Shown: positions 37,791-52,080, numbered from the whole stretch's first letter. The stretch: DNA of 62,026 nucleotides, filler included, from Catajapyx aquilonaris (GCA_000934665.2; 2 parts of 2 records of this genome joined end to end with filler, not necessarily neighbours in it); one strand, 5' to 3'. Made by a program: numbers and translations. Notes: generated by a model from the letters alone, not told the origin.

Positions 37791-38493
37791 GCAAGAAACT
37801 TACGATCAGATGCGATGTGCAAGGGTGGTTTTTGAATAATGAGACGAATATTGTTTCTCGATCCCTTTATTTTGATTGTAACATGCATTTGGCGCTTAAT
37901 GTCCCTTTTCTATTTGGTCTAATAAATATTCAATTGATTCTGACATGTCCTGCTTATTATTCATTCCACGAAGTAGGAGTCCAAGGCTTAACATTTGGTT
38001 ACAAACGACCATTGTTTTCATCTGGCTGCGGTCTGACTAACGGTCGCGGTATTGTTAATGTTGATGAAGCATCCCGAGATGCTGTTCTTGATGAATGCTA
38101 GGGTGGTATCAGCCCTAGATACGGCCTTATTCACGGATACGTCACACTTGATTTTTGCACTATTTCTAGTAGGGGTGGGTTCATATTTGCTGTGGAAGTT
38201 GATTAGCAATTGCAGAGCAAAGCGACACAAGCGAACCCCAAGACAGACACCGGACGCAGAGGCCATGACGACTGAGGAGGGTCAAACGATATTCCCCCAG
38301 TGTGACAGGAACACCCAGAAGGCCGGAGTGAGCGTAAAGGCCGCTTCACAAACTCGGCGTGGCTAAGGCAGGGCGTGTGGAGCGCGAAAAACTTGCGAGG
38401 GTCAAAGCACAAATGTTGCGTGCGGCGGCCGAGGGAAAGCGTGGCGCTAGCGGACTTTCTGCGTGTGAGTAGCGAGCGAAGTAGCAGGGCAAG

Positions 38494-38640
38494 ATGGCGG
38501 CCGCCATGTGTACGAAGCGAAAGCTCCTGAAGGCCGAAGAGAATGAGCGGATCATTGCTCTGGTATGCTCCAATGAGGCACTCTGGAACGTAAAGCTGAG
38601 TGCATACAAGGACATCCACCTGCAAAACTCCCTGTGGGAG
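38494..38640 (+). pseudogene. MADF (Myb/SANT) domain fragment, Harbinger ORF2-like
   Basis: ERIIALVCSNEALWNVKLSAYKDIHLQNSLWE. Confidence 0.8.
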
Positions 38641-40478
38641 GATAAAGGTGATCCACGAAGATCCGAGGGCAATTCGGCAGGGCGTTACAACTGGTCAACG
38701 TAAGCCTCCCGTTATACGAGACCGACAGCCGCCTACGACTCACATTAGAGTCAAGAGAGACGGATTCACATAAGGGACAGGTACCCAGACCCGTCTTGGA
38801 TAACAACCGGCGAGTATAACGCTTTGTTGATAATTGGAATTCCTTAACCATGTTTTGTCCCAGCGATATGGAGGTACCCTTTCCTTCCTATAGACTCTGA
38901 GCTCGCAGTTTTCTGGGGTCCTTTCCTAAAGAGGAGAAACTATGTCGCAAGTAGCATATTATAGAGGGGTATATAAATGACCTTATAGCGTTTTATCAAT
39001 GACAAATATAAGATTATTGGTTATGCAAATATTTTGTAATAAATAATATTCATAATTCCCAGTGCCACAATTGTAAGCGCGTGCGAGCAGTCAAAAACCG
39101 TGTTCTTTTGGAAATACCCTGCGTGGAGATGCAGGAAGGTATGGAGTGAACGACATGCCATGAAGAGGCTGAATAAATGTCGCTACTGGTGTTTGAAATA
39201 AAAAAGAACCACAAACGTCCGTAACTGAGAACGGGGTCTGCAGTAACCAGTCCAGCGTAATGTAATATAGCCAGGGTAGTGATACTTATAAGGTGTAGGT
39301 AACATTTAACCACCTAAATAACAACAATTGACACAGGCCGCGAGCTTGGAAATATTTATAAACTCTGGAATTCATTCGTCCAATAATGGAGTCATGATAA
39401 TTTTATGCCTCAGCCCTCAGTTGTATTGCAATTTCAAAGAACTGTAGTGCAAAGATTGTCAAGTAATTATGAAAAGTAAGCTTAATATGGTACCTCTCTT
39501 TCATGGTCAAGAACTTCAGGAATGACGTGTTCCCAATGGCTCCATCAAAGGGAGCAAAGCAAGGACTCTTGGCAATAGCCAAGGTGGAGCGGCTACATAA
39601 TGAAGAACCATGCATGCACAATCCCGATCCCTTGACCATTTCCATATCGTCACTTCAGGATCCCCTGACTGTTGAGAATTATTTGACATCCCCTGAGCTT
39701 ACCGAGACCGTTCAGGATTCTTTGACATGGCCTGAGCTTACAGACACTTTTTTTTTTTTGTAACCCTACCTCACTATAACGCTGTACCCTTGTCCAACTG
39801 TGTCACAAATACCATAGGTAAAAAATATGTATTACAAAGTGTAACAGTGAGTGGATATCCCCCTATATGAGCCCATGGCTCGAAGCACGGGGCGGATAAA
39901 TAAATAAAATAGATAAATAGTTGAAGCTGTCCCCTGTCGTGCTATAAAACGGAAAAAAAACCCAAGAAAGATACAACGAAGAAGCTGAGGACATCAGGGC
40001 AGGCATACACCAGGGACTCAGGTCATATCACACGACGTACTCTGATAAGACCGAGCGAGTGCGTCAAAAAGCCTTTTTAGTCATACGTGTGTCACAGGAA
40101 AACGTGTTCAGCGCTTACAGCAGTTACTGAAGGGGGAGGTGTCATCCAAGTCAGTGAATTCACGGATGGTGGTGTGCAGTATGAATTCAAGCTTGCCAAC
40201 AAACCAAGATGACTGTACAGGCGTGAAAATAAATGCCAAAAAAATGCAAGACATAGGCAAACTCGTGCAATACATTCAATCAGAGCACCCCTAAACCAGA
40301 TGGCTTCACGCACCAACATATCAGAGGTTTTATTACTTAGCTAGCATTCTACACAGCTCACACTGCATTGGTTCATTGCATTCGGAAATCATCTCTAAAC
40401 CATCTCTCAAGCTGGAAAGCTTCGTAAGTAACTACATAGTTTCCTGTCAACAATCTCTCTTTATTCATAGACTCTACT

Positions 40479-40817
40479 ATGGATATTTTTAATCGTCTTT
40501 TCGGTGATGAATTGGTAAACCTGTTCAACGAGAAAGTCATGTTTGGGTGGAGGTGGGAGTGTGTAGACCTTGAAATGTTGGACAATGATGAAGCAGTTGT
40601 TTATTGGTACCTGGTTCCGGATGACGTAATTGTGGGCCTATTCGATGATCAAGATTGTGGGATAGAATTTATTAACTTATTTAACGAAAAACCAGTTCAA
40701 AATTATTATACAGATTATTTTCCCGATAGAAATGGTTATTATACTTGCCAATATTCTTATATAGATAAATGCGACAGTGATGACGATGCATCATGTCGGG
40801 TATATAAACGTGGATAA
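40479..40817 (+). CDS. Orphan acidic 112-aa ORF, virus-like
   Basis: Intact ATG to TAA with an internal NLFNEK repeat; no recognisable family. Confidence 0.4.
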   Translation: MDIFNRLFGDELVNLFNEKVMFGWRWECVDLEMLDNDEAVVYWYLVPDDVIVGLFDDQDCGIEFINLFNEKPVQNYYTDYFPDRNGYYTCQYSYIDKCDSDDDASCRVYKRG

Positions 40818-41829
40818 TTAATTCCAACCATTAATTCATGAATTCCCCTCATTTCCACTTTTATATCTTCCTACCCACACCTTGCTTCCACTTAGTCTTG
40901 AGACATGGCTATACACGTTGCACTATTCGTTGGTGTTAAGCCACATAACTGTTTGAAATTACAAAAAACCGAAAAGGTGGTTAGTCTATGGAGGAATGAT
41001 TACGAGGTGTTGGAAGATCCTGGATTAATCCCGCACCAGCCATTGCACATACAGCTACTTTACGTGTGATTGTAAGGCGAAGAAAAAAAATCAATGGGAT
41101 ATTAATAAGGGTATATCTTGGTATACCCACCCCGATTGTCGTGAAGAACATGAAGATGTCATTCGTCCTGGTATGGTGAGTCTATCATCACTAGTATTGC
41201 GCGACTATTATTAAAACATTTTCTTAGTACACCAAAATGAATCTTTGCGCCAGACTCTTTCAAATGGAAAAAGAACTTTGTCAGTTGGAGGGTGGATCAC
41301 ATGACCTTCGGGAACAGGTTCCTACAATGATCCGGATGACGAAAGAGGGTTGGTAGTCGGGACGAAGACTGGTAGACCTGGTTCATCAACTACGTGCTGC
41401 TAAGGGATTGTCTGAGAATATGACGCAACATCGGGATTTATTCAAGGGCATGAAAGATATACCTTGAAAAGATGTATTGTGAAACACTCCTTTATACCTC
41501 TCCCATCTACCTCTTCACAACTTCCATCTTCTGTTCCAGTCACCAATAATGAACCTTATTTTCCCTACCCTACCGAAACTCTACTTTTGGACATATTTGA
41601 TGTGTAGACTATGTCAGTCTTATCAATAAAATAAGATAAGAAATGTTTTATTTGATATTCCTTATAGATGGAGAAGATCTGTGACAAGTTTATTGATCGC
41701 ATTAAGACTCTTCAATGGTTAAAAAAGATAAACGCACATCGATGGACTCAAGCCAGCATTCTCTTCCGAGAAAGAGAAGATAGATGGTCAATTGAATTAT
41801 GTAGCACGGAGTTCGTAATGTTTTTTCCC

Positions 41830-42762
41830 GAAATTCAGTGTGCTACGGACTGGGGTAGGTTCAAGGAACTAATCCTGGAGAGGTTTAATCCTACTCGTGG
41901 GTTCTCTGATTTGATTGGTGATGTAAAGGGGTTCAGGCAAGAAGTAGGCCAAAGCGCAAATGAGTTTGCCACGACCCTGCGTAAGTTACAGCTGGACTTA
42001 CTTTCTTGTGCTGATGCGCCGCGTGACAGGGAGACAGTGGAGTTACTGATTTTGTCTCAATTTGTTTCGGGGTTGAGTTCAGAAAAAACAAGGCACTCCA
42101 TTCAGATTTTGAAACCTAAACGGTTATCCGAGGCGCTTCGGATTGCGCTGGAATAGGAGGTGCAGGAAAAGAGTGGGTTGATAGGGTCCAAGCAGAGAAG
42201 TAGGACATTGTTGTGTAGCGAGGATGGGGAAGTGGATGTAGTAGGTCAGCTGACTGAAAAAGTAGGGATGCTCACGAAGCAACTAGAAAGGTATCAGTTG
42301 GAGGCCAACAGGAAGTGGGAAGAAGCCAAACAGGCGGTGGCGACTCCTCCTCAAGCTGGGAGTGAGGTAAAGCAAGGCGGTGTTAGACCAAAAGCTAACA
42401 GGAGTAAGCCACGCTGTTATAGGTGTAATTCGGAACAGCACTTACTGCCTCAGTGTCCGCAGATGCCAAGGAAAGCATCAGGCGCCTGTTTTAGGTGTGG
42501 GAGTATGGAGCACTTAATCAATAGGTGCCCAATGAAAATACAGGTCAGGGAGCCACCCTCGCCCTGTCCTATTTGTAGGGGGAATCATTGGAAAATTCAC
42601 TGCCCTCAGAATAAGCAGAGGGGTTATGCAATTCCGGCACCAGGTAGGCAGGTGTACTCTGGTGGGTTGCCAGGAAGTATGAGCGAAATGAGCAATGTGA
42701 CAGCCCAAAGTAGGGGGGAGAATTACTGGTACGAGTTATGTGCCTCAAATCCGTTACCATAA
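41830..42762 (+). pseudogene. LTR-retrotransposon gag fragment with three CCHC knuckles
   Basis: WGRFKELILERF..RQEVGQSANEFATTLR..QFVSGL; CYRCNSEQHLLPQC, CFRCGSMEHLINRC, CPICRGNHWKIHC; in-frame TAG at 42154. Confidence 0.9.
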
Positions 42763-43074
42763 GGGAGAAGGACCTCAGGGTAGTGGGCATTGTCCTCCTG
42801 GACATGAGTTAGCATTGGTGTCTAGACCGGGAAATGGGGAGAGCCCTCCTTTTTCCACCGGAGAATAAAGGAGAATAGGGCCAAGATACCGGGCAATCAA
42901 ACGGAAGACACGAATCAATACCCCTAAGACTCCATCACCACAAGTTTCTCCAATTTTAAGTAGGTCCAACCAGATGCCGGTGAAGGTTCCTTGGTATGTG
43001 TATGTACAACCTCCTTCTATGGTGCAGAAGCCATGTGAAAATAGGGAGCATAGGGGCGATATATCGGCTTATAG

Positions 43075-43205
43075 GATGTCCAGTGGCGAAACGTCTACGA
43101 GCATTCGAATACCCAGCCTACGAGATATACAAGGGGGATTGGCATGTAGTGGTAAAGAAGGGGGGGACAGATAACCTCCCTTTCATCCACATTCGTAAGT
43201 TTCCT
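43075..43205 (+). pseudogene. PC4-like fragment, copy 2
   Basis: Near-identical to 37581-37710. Confidence 0.5.
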
Positions 43206-43490
43206 TTAGCTGCCGCCCTGCAGAAAGACTTAAAAGAAGTCAACCAATTTCGCGCCTCGAAATGTAATGACATCGTGGCCTCATTCATCACCGAGGGATT
43301 AAGTTTCCCACTGAATCCGGATGAAGGTGGGGTGAAATTCGAGAAGGCGAACAAGATAAGTGTAAACGTTTATGATCATGATGGCAGCTTGAATGTAGAC
43401 CCAATTCGAACAACCACAGTACATGCACCGCGACATGTGGATCTCCTCTTCCTGTGTCAAGGGGAGGAGCTAGAAGAGGGTCTCACCTAA
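43206..43490 (+). pseudogene. Polinton/Maverick protein-primed polB N-terminal fragment
   Basis: GLSFPL..KFEKANKISVNVY..PIRTT..HVDLLFL. Confidence 0.75.
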
Positions 43491-43854
43491 CAACCTTGCC
43501 AGATCATTTTGGATCCACAACACAGAATGGTTGGCCTGAAGTGGAGTGAGTATTAGTCCTGACATGACTCCCCGTTGTCTCCCCCAGAGTATACTGACTT
43601 GTCTATTTTGTTCGGCCCCAAATAAAAATGCTAGATGCTAGAAACTGAGTATTGTGTCTGACTTCTGACCTCTCCCTTACTTGACCGACTCGACTTGATT
43701 CCGGCATCGTTGGATTTGCCGCCAAATTGGCGACAATCGAACAATATAATACACTAGGGGTAACACCTGACAGACCATATGTAGACATAGATGGGGAAGG
43801 TATTTTCTTCATGTATGATCCCCCCACTTACTAAAAAGCCTCGGAACAACCCTA

Positions 43855-44770
43855 AGGCTCATTATCTACAGTGGGATGGGCACCTTGTTAGGTGGAGCTA
43901 TGCAGCGAGTGTTTGTGGCCAACAACTTCAACAATGGCTGAGGCTCATCCCAAAAATTACACGTCGCCACATTGGATTAGTACCATTTAAGAAAATAAAG
44001 GCGAAGTTTGCATCTCAGGTTCTTAGCTATTCAACGGCAGCAGCATTACAAAATTATGTGGTGGGAGTTACTTCCGCCTGAGGCTAGGCATACTGCAGAT
44101 CGGCTGCAATTGGTGGACAAGTTGTTCGATACTTTTAACAGCAGTCGCAGGTGGGATGGGCTTAGCCAGCTAAGTGTACACTAACTGAGAATTCCATTCA
44201 CCTTGCATTTTGGGAGGAGACATTGGTGTCACTGAGTAATTGTAGGTTCGATGCTGTTCGACAGCCTGACTGCTTGTTGGGCTGGCAACTCTCAATACGA
44301 GCTGTAATTATGACGTGGAATGAGATACGTGGCCGTCTTGACACTCAGTATCTCTGCACACGACAGCTCAATCAAGATAGCTTGGAGAGAACATTCGGAG
44401 TGATCAGGGGGGGTGAAATGGTTGCAATGATCATCACCCAACTCCTTCACAATTTTTTTTTCTGCATTAAGACAAGTGTTCACCAAGTCCTTTCTTAAAC
44501 CCTCTGACATGGGTAATAGTGAAACAGACGAACGAGATATTCCAGCTGACCTTAGTTCTGTCATGCAGAGTAAGGAAGCCACAGCTCAGGATGTAGGGTC
44601 AAGGGATGGGCGAAATGTAACAATGTATCCTAAGATCTCTATTGATGATTTTCATGTCCCTGCACAAAATGCGTTATACCATGTCGCTGGATATATTTGC
44701 AAGAAATTGTTGAGGGCTCATGATTGCTTGTTGTGTCAGCACATCATGCTTAAAAAAGATTTAAGATAGA
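43855..44770 (+). pseudogene. P-element/THAP9-like transposase fragment
   Basis: LRLIPKITRRHI..FKKIKAKFASQVLS; DKLFDTFNS; GWQLSI..YLCTRQLNQDSLERTFGVIR; YHVAGYICKKL..CLLC. Confidence 0.9.
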
Positions 44771-46667
44771 CGGATTGGGGTTAATACCGTCTGGACGCCG
44801 TTGGGTCCTTGTGACCTTCATCTCTAATGGCGAGGTTGTGAAGGATATGAATCACACTATTGGACGCATTCTTTAGGATCCCCCAAAGTATGTGTGGGCA
44901 CAATTTAAAATAATTGACCAATGTTTAACCTTCCTTCTTGGATTTGTTGAAGTCACTCTTCATGAGGAGATAGTGCTCCCCGCACAGTAAATGGAAGGCG
45001 AAATCTACTACTCAACATCTACAAGAATCATCACGACCTAATGGGGATTCAGTCACTACCAGAAACCAACAGCAAGAGGGTCCTTCTTCTGAAGAAACAT
45101 CGGTATTGCGCTCTCCAGAAGCGATGGAAGAGTTGACGGCATTTAATGGATATACTAGTTTACACTTTAGCAGTCCACATAAATCCTTACGTAGGTTGTC
45201 TCCCTTAGAAAATTGCATGGAAGTGCTGTATATTCATCGATGTATCAGTTATTACTGTTCTGGGTTTCCTTATTAATGTCAGAAAATTTTGTAATACTTT
45301 GAGAACTGCTTTATATTCAGCATCTTAGGCGGGCTATACTATTACAGGCAAAATAAATCCAGACATTAACTGGATAAACTGTGAATCAAAAGTGTCGTTG
45401 TCCAATATTAATTGTCAGGATACAGGATACAATGGAGCCAGGGACGAACTTCGCTGGAGAAGAGAAACAATTGATGGTGTTTATGAGGGCGACATTGGCA
45501 CTGCGCAAGGACATCGTGCTAAGTGATCTGCCAGCATATTTCTTGGAAGTAAAATGGGTGTGTATGCAATGAACTGAAATAATGGAATCACTAGCACCAC
45601 CATGCTAATTTTCCTTCTTATCTGTCAGACGCCCACAAATATGGCTGTAAAACCACCCTGCTTCTTTCCTGCTATTTTGATAACTTTTTAATTGCAACAT
45701 TCATCTGATATATTTTTATGTGACGACCAACTTATTCTTCCAGCTAACTATTGAGGCTGAACTATGATTTGGAAGTACCATGTCTAGTCTAGTTAAAAAA
45801 AAAAAAACTGACATGTGAACTGCAGAAGCTGGTCAGAAGAACGTCCTGTCCTCCAGGGCTGCCCAAAACGGGCACGCGGGGACGTGTACACTATTGATCA
45901 AGAACGGGCCTACGGATGGGCACTGGAACAGAGTAAGGAATATGCAGAGAAGGCTTCTTCGCCACACATGACATCCCCTTTGTTGCAGTCGACCACGTGA
46001 TCTAACCCTTTCCATAAGCAAATACCTGCGAAGGGGATCACAGTAGGTCCAGTGTAGCATATGGACTGCTGACACCGAACAACGACAGGATGGAAGCCCT
46101 GCCAAATGTAGTTTCCCATGGCCATGGAGACCAGTATATGGAGACAGATGTCTTGCGAGTTGCAATATCATCAGAATGAAGTTGCCTTTTGTTCGACAGC
46201 GGAATGGAACCAGTCAGTCCTTCCCTCACCTCCGACCAGGCACCATGACAGAATTCCGACCCCTAGCACCTTTCCTCGAGGACTATACCCATCCTTCGGG
46301 CCCCTGGATTGCGTACATGTTCCCTCCAGCAGGGCCAGCGCCCAATAAGACAGATCAGATGTACTTGGGAATATACCCAGTATCACACGGGTCGGTGCTG
46401 CTATCCGGGAGACCCATCAGGGCAGGGTGTCCAGGCGGTGAGGATCAATGGCAACCGGGTAGCGGAATGGCGCTATTTCCCACAGAGGACTCGACTGGTG
46501 GTGCAGGCATGGAATCCGGAGGCGGCCGCCGCTGCTGCAGTCGTGCCCAATCAGGACTTCTGGGAGTATCTGGGGTTAGAAGCCGAACGCACCCAGGCCG
46601 GATTTTACGGCGTACAACATGAACCATCACCGGAGCGGCACCCGGACTGAGTAAGCCAGAGTCTTTT

Positions 46668-47202
46668 TGTAACATTTTGGTAGTCTTGCGAAACATTTTT
46701 ACATAACACGTTGTGCAACTTTGATATTGTTTTTATACGTCATCTTATGATGCAAAGGTACCCTTCAATTTGACCGTAGCGTCGTTAAATTCGAAATGCG
46801 TCATATGATGTAGAGCAACACATGACGTATTTCAGCACATTAAAACTAATCGAGTTAGAATCAGTAGTGTCAGGTGTCCCAATGTACGTCAATAGGCATC
46901 TGCGTGCGTCATTGAACACCGTCATAACGTAGTTAACACGTGGAGGTTAAGTATAAAAGACCAAGTTTGGGCAGTCTTAGGGCAGAGAAGGGCCAGAGCA
47001 CACAAGCTATATACTCAGCACTCGACGACATTCTCCCTCTACGGACATCAGAATACAGTAAGTGGTTCACCTTTCATTCACAGTGTAATTGGATGGGAGT
47101 TGTAATCCTTTTTGAGCCAATGTGTTAAAGAAACTTCTTTCAATAAATACAGTTTGTTTCTCTTACTGGTGCACAAGTTCTATTTTCTCACTTTGCTCCA
47201 CA
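46668..47202 (+). mobile_element. LTR-like segment
   Basis: TGTAACA start, TATAAAA near 46952, AATAAA near 47142, possible CA end; no TSD. Confidence 0.35.
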
Positions 47203-47264
47203 GAAAACTATAAGTCGACTGTTCCTACCTCTAAATAAATAATGTCGATGACAGTGGCGCAGCG

Positions 47265-47335
47265 GTAGGATAAAGAAGGGGGGCAAGGATAACCTCCCTT
47301 TCATACACATCCGAAAGTATGCTGAGATTGGCAGT
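47265..47335 (+). pseudogene. PC4-like fragment, copy 3
   Basis: IKKGGKDNLPFIHIRKY. Confidence 0.5.
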
Positions 47336-49859
47336 GTGCAGAAAGATCCCATTGGGGATTGGGACCTAGACCGGCGCAAACGGTGCATGTAAGAGAGCCC
47401 GCCTCGGGGCCTGTTCATTGGTCATTTGGACCCCTCCCCTAGCATCATTCGTCCCATCCCCCGGCAGCCTCCCGCCTTTGCCGCCATGACTACGTTCCTT
47501 TATGAGTCTATGAGCGTCACGGACAGAGCCTTTTACATCGGCCACCACCCCTTTAAATCCAGCGTCCCCCGACCTCGTGTACTTGATCATGTAGAGGACT
47601 TAAGTGACGTCAGGGTGCACTTCTGTGCCACTCTGGGCGCCAGATTTAATTTTGACCGGCTGGCGGGAGGTGCCATGGGGCCAGCAGACATTCAGGCGGT
47701 CCCAATTATTAACCAGGGACTGACTAGTGTGGGTACTAATATTATAGACGTATATAAGGGGGCTTACCCGGCATAGCCATCTGCAGCCCCCGGCTCCATC
47801 AACATCTAATCACCGAAAAGTGACAACATCATAAACAAACAAGAAGAGCCAAACAAACCTGGATAAACCCGAAAACCGAAACTATGATCTCTTGCTCCTG
47901 GAAGTCAAGTGCTGTCTTGGATTCGCCAGACAGCACTCCCCTAAAATGTTTTTCCCGTCGGCGTGGGAAACAACTGAACGTTGTGAGGCGTGTCTGGCGC
48001 ATACTATCGTGCTACCATTTGCAGGAAGAATCTATTATCAAGCCCTGTCGAGTAGCGATGAGATTGATTCCGAAGCTAGCACAGAGCTGGCTTTCGATCC
48101 GACGCCTACCGGAGATGACTCCGGCTGTTTGTCCCCCACCCCCTCTGAGGAATCGGACGAATCAGAAGATTGAACCTATCTCCGGGAATCCCTGACACGT
48201 GTCATGCCGCCTACGGCATAACAAGAAAATTAAACATACTTTAATTACGATATTAATTAGCGTCCGACATACACTTGAATATCATAAATTATGTCTGTTT
48301 ATTAAAACCAGGGAAAGGCAGCAAGAAATCTGTAGACTTCCTGGCGCCGGAAAGCCATTCAAAAGAGCCATTCGAGTCCGAGCGCGGAGATAGGTACAAG
48401 AAGTACACCGCATCAATGTAACAAGTCCGTCTCTAGGATGGAGGGGTTATGTCGATATTACAGGAAAAACCTCGAAAAGGGTACTCACGTGGTGTAAACC
48501 CCACCCAGAAAACGGACACTACAAAAGCAGGTCCGGTTTGTAGAATCAAGCAGTAAGTAAGTAAGCAGTAAGTAAGTAAGCAGTAAGCAGAGAGTCTTCC
48601 AGAGAATCGTTGCCGAGACTGTACAGATTCAACTCTGACAGGTAAGCCAGCCATGTGGCAAAATTTCCAGTTGCAATTATTTTTCTTCTCATGCAACCAC
48701 AGATTGAGAAGGTGTATTATGCATGAGTAAGGTGTACAGAGAATGTAAGTGTCACAGTAGTTATTCACTTATGTATATTGTAGTGAAGAGGTTAGAACTT
48801 TAGAATCTATTGTTGAGGTTAAAATATATACAGCATGTCAAAGAGAAGGATAAGTCGAATTGTAAACTATTCATGAAAGTGTATTGTGTGTGTAATAGCG
48901 AGCGGTAACGCTCTGATAAAACAAAGAGCCTGAATTGGCTAAATTAAACATGTTATTTGAAACCATTCCCTGAATACATTTTATTCCCGCTGATATCCGA
49001 CACATATATTTCTACTTAACTTATATTCGAACCCCGTACCTTCCATAATACCATAATATATTTCCATGCCCAGATGTTTGATTAGGATTGATGATTTGAT
49101 GTGGCTGTGGTGTAAAATTATACTGCAAATTCAGCAGATGTCATATCCCACTAGTCATTCCAGAACTGATTTACTAATCAGAATCGAAGTCATTGTCACC
49201 GTCAAGAAGACTTCAACGACCTGATCACTCGGTCAGCTTCAGCTGATTTGAGGTACTTGCACAGTTTCAGAACATCTGTCAATTTTGCAGACTTGACTGG
49301 AATGAATTACTTGTACAATGCTTCCGTAGGAAATGAGAGACATGTTGCTTTCCTCTGTCCAACATATGACTGGCACAGAGCACCAGACATAGTTTGTGAT
49401 ACCCTGACCTGAAACTTGTGCACCTTTGAGTATTCCAGAATCTTGCATTTGAAATCAGAAGCAGTGACGGACCGCGTAAAAATCGGCGCAAAATGCCCTT
49501 TGAAATCATGACCATTCATGATAATGACATCAAACTTTGCCCCAACCAACATTTTGGACAAATGACTATCGCCATGTACCAGGCCACTGAGAATGAAAGC
49601 AACCATACTCCCAAAAAAACAAGTTATTTGTGATCATTTTTTTTGTTGAGTTATGCACGTTTTAATTCTGGGTGCTTCGATTGTAGTCGTCTTGTTTCAT
49701 CCGCCCTTAACTTCCCACAGTTTGCCTGCTGTTACCATGGAGCCTCCACGTGTCTCTCCACGTACCAGCTCGTCCAAACGCGACAAGGTAAAATAATCCC
49801 ATCACCTGCAAGCACGGAGTCTCTCTGGCATGGTTAAGACTATAGGTAATGTATCGTCA

Positions 49860-49985
49860 GGATGTTACAAGCATTTACTGCTGCACCTTAGCATTGCAAC
49901 CGTCACATGTCCAAATTGCGGGCAGAGTTATAAAGACTTTAGTTCAAGGTTGGGGCATATTCAGCGCATCCTTCGCAAATTAAAG
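49860..49985 (+). pseudogene. C2H2 zinc-finger fragment
   Basis: YKHLLLH..VTCPNCGQSYKDFSSRLGHIQR. Confidence 0.5.
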
Positions 49986-51689
49986 AATGCTTGGAACGGA
50001 TGGGATTAGGCTCACTGATGAATACCGCCATGTTGGGTAGGTTACTCAAAACACGGAACCAATTGTAAAATATGGACCTCCTCTGTCAGAGTTACGGCGA
50101 CCCGACCATAAAGGCCCCGCGCCAATGTATCTCATCATCCACAATTATTCAAAGGCTAATCAAGAACAAGAATTTACATTTACTGTCCTCACAAAAGGAA
50201 CTCCAATCAAACGATTAATAGAATTTACGTTAGAGAAATTACATTTATATTTTAAAATGAAGCTGAGCCAAATAAGATCTGAAAAGCTGATAGTTCACAA
50301 CAGTTTAATTTTAATGTACATTTAATGCAAGTTTTCGGTAAATTTATGCAAATTTTAAGATTTTCTAAAAGCAAAAAACAAGTATGGAAGGGAAAATGGG
50401 GGGAGGGGGAAGCAATGCCCTGAATGCTCAAGGACCCAACTCTACTGCAGCACTCCCATACGCATCCCCCAGGCCCTAGCCCAGTGTCCCGCCCCGAAGC
50501 TAGGCATTTATGTCCGACAGCACTGCGTCCGCCCGTAGACAAAAGGTGGACCTCCTGTGAAGGATCCACAATTAATACATGCCAGTTTTGTCCAAGTCCC
50601 TGCATGGGAATGGTCAGAACAGCAGGAAGCGGATCAGTTAAATTGTTGGGGATAAGGAACCAGTGTGGATAAATTACACAGCATACGATTCACAAGCTAC
50701 ATCGGAATTAATTACAATGCTTAAAGCATCCCCTCAAGGTATAGAAGCCATACGCGTCAAAGATCGAAGCCGTATAAGGGGAAATCCGAGAGATGTCCTC
50801 TTGTAGGGTGTGCTTGCTCCCTCAGTAGATACATACATAGGCCATCCCACATAACCAGTCACCTGAACGTGAATTGTATGTATTGTCCGGTCTGCTCCAG
50901 ATCACTGTACAGTATCATTGCATGGGTAAACCATATGTTGTATTCACATAAAGAAAAAAATGAAGGTAATACTGAACAGAACAGGATATGCACATATGCT
51001 ACGGTATGATGCAACCCGAGTGAATTAATCATGTGAGAGGAATTTGGACGTGATGACTATTTTTTTTAAACTACTTCTATTTTTAGCACACTATATGGTA
51101 ACTATTGCATTGTTTTTATTATTCTTCAATTTAAAATGAAGATTTAATGTTGTATCAATCTCTTATCAATGTAAGTGTCTTGTATTTCGATGTGCAGTTG
51201 AAAATCTTGTCTCGTGTGAGTGGATATTGTCATGGTTGATATTGCGAGCTTGGACTTCTTGGAGTAATTATTTATGATAATATTAATAGTATGTATAATA
51301 CAGGCATAATAAGAGTACAATGCGATCGCAGCTCTATATTCACAGGCTCACCGGCGCCAATAAAGCCATTAACTTGCTTCTGACACTGCAAACCATTGCC
51401 TGCGCTTACAGCAGCAAAACGTGTCAGCGTAATCAATGTCATAGTTAGAAGTGTCTTATATAGATTCCACAGAATGCTTAGCAAGAGTCAGGTTATCCCT
51501 ACAAAATACTATAAAAGGACCACAAAGGGTTCAGCAGAAGACCGAGATGGGCAGCCCACCAGCCAGAGATGTAAGAAATAATTTTCAACCGCATTAAGTG
51601 ACTTTGGAGGGGAACCCTTTAATTAGTCGTAACCTCCGACACTTTAATGTAAGCTGCAACATGACGCAGCGACGTCCGCATATGGAGGG

Positions 51690-52080
51690 GCCATGTAAAA
51701 TATTCGTGTATAATAAACAAGCATTCATTGACTCTGTCATTGACATCCTGATGTCTCCCTGCCCCACGCATATTACCTTCCAACTTATATTCGGACCCGT
51801 ACCTGCTTAGGTCCGACACTTCCACCCCATTGACATTACACGCAAACTTATCGAAATGGAACAGAACGAACGAGTTTTCAGGTGTAATCTTATCCTCATC
51901 TGAATACTTGGAATTGTCGTTGCCCTTCACGATATCACTCTTAAAATGGACTGGCTCAGGTAAAAGTAACCATCCATTTTCGTCATTCTATGAATTACGT
52001 CACTTCTATGGGAATTGATGTCACCCGCTTCGGGTGCAAATATGTAGTCCAGCATTTTGAAGTAGTCCATTCCGGTCATG
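51690..52080 (-). pseudogene. Polinton-type major capsid protein N-terminal fragment (frameshifted)
   Basis: YFYLSQSILRV/DIVKGNDNSKYSDEDKITPENSFVLFHFDKFACNVNGVEV resembles my recollection of Polinton capsid N-termini. Confidence 0.55.

Noticed and set aside
39050..39313. Envelope or F-protein N-terminus on the minus strand
   Set aside because: Only a signal-peptide-like start and a vague WHVV motif; not enough to call.
40035..40090. Second hammerhead (ctgataagac..gtcaaaaa)
   Set aside because: Core positions are mutated (CUGAUAA; AAAA instead of GAAA) and the stems are poor.
50330..50605. piggyBac C-terminal cysteine-rich domain; also a PHD-like piece at 51300-51450 (-)
   Set aside because: Cys spacing is suggestive but too degenerate to list as a feature.
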